Part shown: positions 59,191-64,000 of the stretch, one piece after another | Numbering within the stretch: position 1 is the stretch's first letter | How the letters are laid out: every line of letters begins with the position of its first letter | Assembly: GCA_965117025.1 (NCBI GenBank) | Contig: OZ220746.1 | Coordinates: 2,085,854 to 2,149,853, forward strand | Direction: 5' to 3' | Source of the DNA: Rhodothermales bacterium | GTDB taxonomy: Bacteria; Bacteroidota; Rhodothermia; Rhodothermales; VXPQ01 | DNA: 64,000 nucleotides | The notes under the pieces: model-generated | The model's input: only the letters and a program-made list of their open reading frames with translations | What the model was told of the DNA's origin: nothing | Databases searched by the model: none | Position numbers and translations under genes: made by a program

Positions 59191-60693
59191 TCAGGAAGAG
59201 GTTTCCCATCCTGCGGCGCGTTCGAGGGCGCGCCGCCATTGCCCGAGCAGGTCTTCGGCAAGATCGCGTTCCATGGCGGGTTCGAAACGTCGATCCACCT
59301 GCCATTGCGTGGCAATCTCTTCCTGGTCCGCCCAGAATCCCACCGCAAGCCCGGCAAGATAGGCGGCCCCGAGGGCGGTCGTTTCAGCGATGCGGGGACG
59401 TACCGCGGGGACGCCCAGCAGGTCGGCCTGGAATTGCATGAGCAGATTGTTGGCCGTGGCCCCGCCGTCGACGCGCAACTCGGTGAGACGCAGCGCGGCG
59501 TCCGCTTCCATGGCCCGGATCAGGTCCGCCGTCTGAAAGGCGATGCTTTCAAGCGCGGCGCGGGCGATATGTCCGGCGGTAGCGCCGCGCGTCAGTCCCG
59601 TGATGGTTCCGCGTGCATACGGGTCCCAGTGCGGGGCGCCCAGTCCGGTAAAGGCCGGTACGAAATATACGCCTCCGTTGTCCGGCACGGAACGCGCCAG
59701 CGCTTCCACGTCCGACGAAGCCTGGATGATGCCAAGCCCGTCCCGCAGCCACTGCACTACGGCGCCCGCGATGAATACGCTACCTTCCAGCGCATACTCG
59801 GTCCGGTCGCCGATCCGCCAGGCGATGGTCGTAAGGAGATTGTTGTTCGATTGCACCGCTTCCTCGCCCGTCTGCATCAGCAGGAAGCACCCGGTGCCGT
59901 ACGTATTCTTGACCATGCCCGGCGTCGTGCATACCTGCCCGAAAAGGGCCGCCTGCTGATCCCCGGCGATGCCGGCGATGGGGACGTTCGGCATGAAGGT
60001 ATGCTCCGAGGTTTTCGCATACTCCTCGCTCGACGAGCGGACCTCCGGCAACACGCTGCGGGGCACGCCGAAGATGTCCAGCAGTTCGTCGTCCCACTCG
60101 TTCGTATGGATATTATAGAGCAGGGTGCGCGAGGCGTTCGTGGCGTCGGTGACATGCACGCGGCCCGAGGTCATGTTCCAGATCAGCCAGGAATCCACGG
60201 TGCCGAAGGCCAGTTCGCCCCGTTCCGCCCGTTCCCGGGCGCCCTCCACGTGATCGAGCATCCAGCGGACTTTCGTACCGGAGAAGTAGGCGTCGAGGAC
60301 CAGGCCGGTCCGGGAGCGGATAAAGTCGGCGTGCCCGGCTTCCCGCAGCCGGTCGCACATGCCCGCGGTGCGGCGGTCCTGCCATACGATGGCATGATGG
60401 ATCGGCTTGCCGGTGCGGCGGTCCCAGACGACGGTCGTTTCCCGCTGGTTCGTGATGCCGATGGCGGCCACGTCGGAGGCCGACAGGTTCGCTTCCGCCA
60501 GCACGTCGGCGGCCACGCCTGCCTGGGAAGACCATATTTCTTCCGGGTCATGCTCGACCCAGCCGGGCTGCGGGAAGATCTGCCGGAATTCGCGCTGCGC
60601 AACGCCCCGGATGGCGCCGCTATGGTCGAAAAGGATGGCCCGTGAACTGGTGGTGCCCTGATCGAGGGCGAGAATGTATTCGGGGTTGGGCAT
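59191..60693 (-). CDS. glpK: Glycerol kinase
   Basis: [19 protein letters not shown]-terminus and FGGY-family blocks. 500 aa. Confidence 0.95.
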   Translation of the reverse strand: MPNPEYILALDQGTTSSRAILFDHSGAIRGVAQREFRQIFPQPGWVEHDPEEIWSSQAGVAADVLAEANLSASDVAAIGITNQRETTVVWDRRTGKPIHHAIVWQDRRTAGMCDRLREAGHADFIRSRTGLVLDAYFSGTKVRWMLDHVEGARERAERGELAFGTVDSWLIWNMTSGRVHVTDATNASRTLLYNIHTNEWDDELLDIFGVPRSVLPEVRSSSEEYAKTSEHTFMPNVPIAGIAGDQQAALFGQVCTTPGMVKNTYGTGCFLLMQTGEEAVQSNNNLLTTIAWRIGDRTEYALEGSVFIAGAVVQWLRDGLGIIQASSDVEALARSVPDNGGVYFVPAFTGLGAPHWDPYARGTITGLTRGATAGHIARAALESIAFQTADLIRAMEADAALRLTELRVDGGATANNLLMQFQADLLGVPAVRPRIAETTALGAAYLAGLAVGFWADQEEIATQWQVDRRFEPAMERDLAEDLLGQWRRALERAAGWETSS

Positions 60694-60723
60694 GGGGGTA
60701 CTATAACATATGTATTGGAATCC

Positions 60724-60814
60724 TGGCGGAGAGGGTGGGATTCGAACCCACGATACGGGGTCGCCGTATACTCCCTTAGCAGGGGAGCGCCTTCAGCCGC
60801 TCGGCCACCTCTCC
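60724..60814 (-). tRNA. tRNA-Ser (anticodon GCU), CCA encoded
   Basis: Folded by hand: acceptor GGAGAGG/CCUCUCC, anticodon stem-loop CUCCC-CUGCUAA-GGGAG, long variable arm, T-loop GUGGGUUCGAAUCCCAC, 3' GCCA. Confidence 0.9.
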
Positions 60815-60917
60815 CGTTGCGCGTACGGGACACATCCCGGCGCGCGTTTCGTTTGCATTTCAGGATCCCTGCTAACGCCGGAAGAATTGCGAGGTTCGAT
60901 GTCCCGCGAAGCGGATT

Positions 60918-61841
60918 CTATCCGGCTTCCAGGGCGTTGGCCCCCGAAACGATCTCGATGATCTCCGTGGTGATCGCGGATTGCCGCGCCCGGTTGTACT
61001 TCAGTTTCAGGTTGCGCAGGAACTCTTCCGCATTGGAGGTCGCATTGTCCATGGCCACCATGCGGGCGCCCTGCTCCGCCGCGTTCGATTCGAGCAGCAC
61101 GCGCCATACCTGGTATTGCAGGTATCTCGGCAATAACTCGTGCAGGACGGATTCCGCTTCCGGTTCGAAGATGGAATCGGCGGCGGTGCGGTCGCTGTCC
61201 GCCTGAGCGTCTCCTTCGCCTCGCGCCTCCATGATCGGTGTCAGGAACTGCTTCTTCGGGATTGGCAGAAACGGTTCGACGATCCGGTTCTGGGCGATAG
61301 TGTTCCGGAATTCGTTGTAGACGATCTTCACCTCGTCCCAGGAACCGTTCATATATCCGTCCACGGCCTGCTCGACGATCTTCCGGGCCGTGTCCACCTC
61401 GATCCGGTCGAAGACCCCGCGAAAATCGCCGACCATCCGGTATCCTCTGCGGGCGAAATGGTCATGCCCTTTCCGGCCTGCGGCCAGCACATGCAGGTTG
61501 CCGGCCTTGCGCACGGCTTCGTATGCCGCCATCGCCTGTTCCGCTTCCTTCACGATATTGGCGTTGAACGCCCCCGCCAGACCGCGGTCGGCCGTCACGA
61601 CGATAAACAGGATGCTCCGGGTCTCTTCGCGCTCCTGCAGCAACGGGTGTTCCGTGGCGTCGAGCTGCTCCTTGAGCCGGCTGATGACGGCCCCCAGTCG
61701 GTACGCATACGGCCGCGTGCTGAATATGCGTTCCTGCGCGCGCCGCAGCTTGGCGGCCGCCACCATCTTCATGGCGCGCGTCACCTGCTGCGTATTGCGG
61801 ATCGAGTCGATCCTGTTCCGTATGTCCCGGAGATTGGCCAT
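60918..61841 (-). CDS. atpG: F1 ATP synthase gamma subunit
   Basis: MANLRDIRNRIDSIRNTQQVTRAMKMVAAAKLRRAQ N-terminus and conserved C-terminal ITTEIIEIVSGA. Confidence 0.95.
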   Translation of the reverse strand: MANLRDIRNRIDSIRNTQQVTRAMKMVAAAKLRRAQERIFSTRPYAYRLGAVISRLKEQLDATEHPLLQEREETRSILFIVVTADRGLAGAFNANIVKEAEQAMAAYEAVRKAGNLHVLAAGRKGHDHFARRGYRMVGDFRGVFDRIEVDTARKIVEQAVDGYMNGSWDEVKIVYNEFRNTIAQNRIVEPFLPIPKKQFLTPIMEARGEGDAQADSDRTAADSIFEPEAESVLHELLPRYLQYQVWRVLLESNAAEQGARMVAMDNATSNAEEFLRNLKLKYNRARQSAITTEIIEIVSGANALEAG

Positions 61842-61856
61842 GAATCAGTCCGTGCG

Positions 61857-63446
61857 CTATGCCCGGAAAAGGTCCGCCAGATCGCTCGCCACGCTGGAGA
61901 GCACCTCCCGGTGTTCGTCCGAAAGCACCCCTGTTTCGCGAATGGCGTCGAGCAGGTCCTTGTGCTGGATCTGCAATTTGCCGATAAATTCGGTTTCCAG
62001 TTCGCGCAGGCGATGCACCGGCACCGCGTCCAGCAATCCCTGCGTCGCCACGAATATTACGGCCACCTGTTCTTCTACCGGAACGGGCGCATACTGGCCC
62101 TGCTTCAGAATCTCGACGAGGCGTTCTCCGCGAAGCAACTGACGCTGGGTGGCCGGATCGAGGTCGGACCCGAATTTGGCGAAGGCCTGCAATTCGCGGT
62201 ACTGCGCGAGGTCGATGCGCAGCGTGCCCGCGACCTTTTTCATCGCCTTGATTTGCGCGTTGCCGCCGACGCGGGATACGGAAATCCCGACGTCGATGGC
62301 CGGACGCACCCCCGCGTTGAAAAGATTCGTTTCCAGATAGATCTGGCCGTCCGTGATGGAAATCACATTCGTCGGGATATAGGCGGCCACGTCCCCGGCC
62401 TGCGTTTCGATGACGGGCAGGGCGGTCAGGGAACCGCCTCCTTCCACCTTTCCTTGCAGCGATTCGGGGACATCGTTCATCTGGACCGCGACCGTCTTCG
62501 TTTCGTTGATCTTGGCGGCCCGTTCCAGCAGGCGGCTGTGCAGGTAAAACACGTCGCCCGGATACGCCTCGCGCCCCGGCGGGCGGCGCAGCAGCAACGA
62601 CAGTTCCCGATACGCGACCGCCTGCTTGGAAAGATCGTCGTAGACCACGAGGGAATGTCGGCCCGTATCCCGGAAATACTCCCCGATGCAGGCCCCGGCG
62701 TACGGGGCGATGAACTGCAGCGGAGCCGGCGACGAAGCCGGCGCATTCACGATGACCGTATAGTCCATGGCGTCGTGCTCTTCGAGCGCCCGCATCACAT
62801 GAGCCACAGTGGACGCCTTTTGCCCGCAGGCCACGTAGACGCAAAAAACCGGCTTGTCGGTGTCGTGGGTCGATTTCTGATTGATGATCGTGTCGATCAG
62901 TACGGCGGTCTTGCCGGTCTGCCGGTCCCCGATGACGAGTTCCCGCTGCCCCCTGCCGATGGGGATCATCGAATCGATGGCCTTGACGCCCGTCTGGAGC
63001 GGCTCGTTCACCGGCTGCCTGTAGATGACGCCCGGGGCCTTGCGCTCCAGCGGCATTTCGAAGGGTTCGCCCGCAATGGGGCCGCGCCCGTCTATCGGGT
63101 TGCCGAGCGGATCGATCACGCGCCCCAGCATGCCTTCGGAGACGTTGATCGACGCGATGCGGCGGGTCCGGCGCGCTTCGTCGCCCTCCCTGACCGAATC
63201 GACTTCGCCGAACAGCACGACCCCGATGTTGTCCTCCTCGAGGTTGAGCACCATGCCGGTGGTTCCGCTCGCCGGAAACGTGATCAACTCTCCGGCCTGT
63301 ACATTCGAAAGTCCGTAAAGCCGCGCGATGCCGTCCCCTGTTTGCAGGACGGTCCCGACTTCGTAGACATCGGTTCCCGTTTCCAGATCGCCGAACGCGC
63401 TCTTCAGAACCGAGGTCACTTCATCTGGTCGAATTGACGTGGTCAT
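61857..63446 (-). CDS. atpA: F1 ATP synthase alpha subunit
   Basis: P-loop [10 protein letters not shown]. 529 aa. Confidence 0.95.
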   Translation of the reverse strand: MTTSIRPDEVTSVLKSAFGDLETGTDVYEVGTVLQTGDGIARLYGLSNVQAGELITFPASGTTGMVLNLEEDNIGVVLFGEVDSVREGDEARRTRRIASINVSEGMLGRVIDPLGNPIDGRGPIAGEPFEMPLERKAPGVIYRQPVNEPLQTGVKAIDSMIPIGRGQRELVIGDRQTGKTAVLIDTIINQKSTHDTDKPVFCVYVACGQKASTVAHVMRALEEHDAMDYTVIVNAPASSPAPLQFIAPYAGACIGEYFRDTGRHSLVVYDDLSKQAVAYRELSLLLRRPPGREAYPGDVFYLHSRLLERAAKINETKTVAVQMNDVPESLQGKVEGGGSLTALPVIETQAGDVAAYIPTNVISITDGQIYLETNLFNAGVRPAIDVGISVSRVGGNAQIKAMKKVAGTLRIDLAQYRELQAFAKFGSDLDPATQRQLLRGERLVEILKQGQYAPVPVEEQVAVIFVATQGLLDAVPVHRLRELETEFIGKLQIQHKDLLDAIRETGVLSDEHREVLSSVASDLADLFRA

Positions 63447-63526
63447 AATGTTTCTATCGTCACTGGTTACGCATGCGCTTGCTCGTCAAGCGATGTCTGG
63501 CCGGTTCGTCGAGGCGTGCACGCCGG

Positions 63527-64000
63527 TTAATTCATGGAAAGAGGCCGGAGGGTCACCCGGTCGCGTAGTGCTTCAAGCTGGTGGCGCACGCTCCGGTCGT
63601 ACACCGTGTCTCCGATGCGGACGACCAACCCCCCGATCAACCCGGCGTCCTTGCGGACATGCAGCCGGATCTTCTTGCCGGTCAATTGCTCGAGCGCTTC
63701 CGTGAGTCCGGCGCGCTCCTCTTCACTGAATTCCGAAGCGACGCGGGCTTCGGCTTCCACAATACCGAGGCGTTCGTCATGCAGGTTCCGCCACGCCTGT
63801 GCAATCCGGACAAACAGGCTTTCGCGCTGCCGGCCGACAAGCATATCGAGAAATCGCAGCGTCAGGTCGTCCAGGCGCGTTTCGAACAGCGCGCGTACGA
63901 CCGCATGTTTTTTCTCGCGGGCCACGATCGGATTCCGAAAAAGCTGCTCCAGCGCTTCCGATCCCTCCAGGGTCGCCCGGACGAACGCAATGTCTGCGTC
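63527..64000 (-). CDS. atpH: F1 ATP synthase delta (OSCP) subunit, 5' end beyond window
   Basis: The track start at 63925 is an internal GTG. I translated 63926-64000 by hand and the frame stays open (DADIAFVRATLEGSEALEQLFRNPIV...). C-terminal ...LIGGLVVRIGDTVYDRSVRHQLEAL is the OSCP signature. Confidence 0.85.
   Translation of the reverse strand, partial: DADIAFVRATLEGSEALEQLFRNPIVAREKKHAVVRALFETRLDDLTLRFLDMLVGRQRESLFVRIAQAWRNLHDERLGIVEAEARVASEFSEEERAGLTEALEQLTGKKIRLHVRKDAGLIGGLVVRIGDTVYDRSVRHQLEALRDRVTLRPLSMN

Noticed and set aside
58876-60645. 589-aa plus-strand ORF
   Set aside because: It is antisense to glpF and glpK and crosses their intergenic hairpin, so it is a shadow ORF.
58177-60814. 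The tRNA-flanked glpKF segment as an integrated genomic island
   Set aside because: The two tRNAs are different isoacceptors, not a duplicated att site. I found no integrase, no direct repeat of a tRNA 3' end and no compositional shift.
61140-63437. 765-aa ORF on the plus strand
   Set aside because: It is antisense to atpG and atpA and spans their intergenic gap. The ATP synthase frames are unambiguous, so this is a shadow ORF.

Overview
64-kb chromosomal window from a high-GC genome (roughly 60-65% by eye, not computed). Several features point to the FCB group, Bacteroidota/Rhodothermota-like: T9SS-type C-terminal sorting domains on three secreted proteins, a PorV/PorQ-like barrel, and an atpH-atpA-atpG block with no atpD/atpC after it. 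This taxonomic call is inference. I can support about 45 protein genes and 2 tRNA-Ser genes. I found no rRNA, CRISPR array, transposase, integrase or prophage signature. Layout: (1) nt 1-20.8k is an envelope and glycan-degradation region. It holds a SASA-type acetylesterase (cut by the window edge), a tight four-gene outer-membrane operon of unknown function (TonB-dependent-receptor-like barrel, 1.1-kaa T9SS-tailed protein, PorV-like barrel, SurA-like PPIase), a TPR lipoprotein, a CBM9/DUF5916-like protein, and a GH5 / CBM-protein / GH10 xylanase cluster. (2) nt 21-34k is mixed housekeeping: VOC protein, PPK2, M20 peptidase, DinB, an iodotyrosine-deiodinase-like nitroreductase, esterase, zwf-pgl, nadE, uxuA and an OM channel. 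(3) nt 34.6-51k holds a ClpB that lacks the N-terminal domain, GNAT, two TAT-signal Gfo/Idh/MocA oxidoreductases, smc, an EamA transporter, uvrA and a sulfatase. (4) nt 51-58k is a MacAB-TolC-type efflux system arranged as two convergent units, with a PrcB-like lipoprotein. (5) nt 58-64k holds tRNA-Ser(UGA), glpK-glpF, tRNA-Ser(GCU) and atpG-atpA-atpH (cut by the window edge). The ORF track uses GTG/TTG as well as ATG starts (checked at 2, 4362, 17334, 44715, 51136 and 63925), so several starts were re-chosen by reading the sequence. Many very long antisense or alternate-frame ORFs are GC-driven shadow ORFs and were rejected. The items most worth follow-up are the four-gene outer-membrane operon, the N-domain-less ClpB, the perfect 4x10-bp tandem repeat in the GH5 leader, the IYD-like dehalogenase homolog, and the structured AT-rich region upstream of smc.
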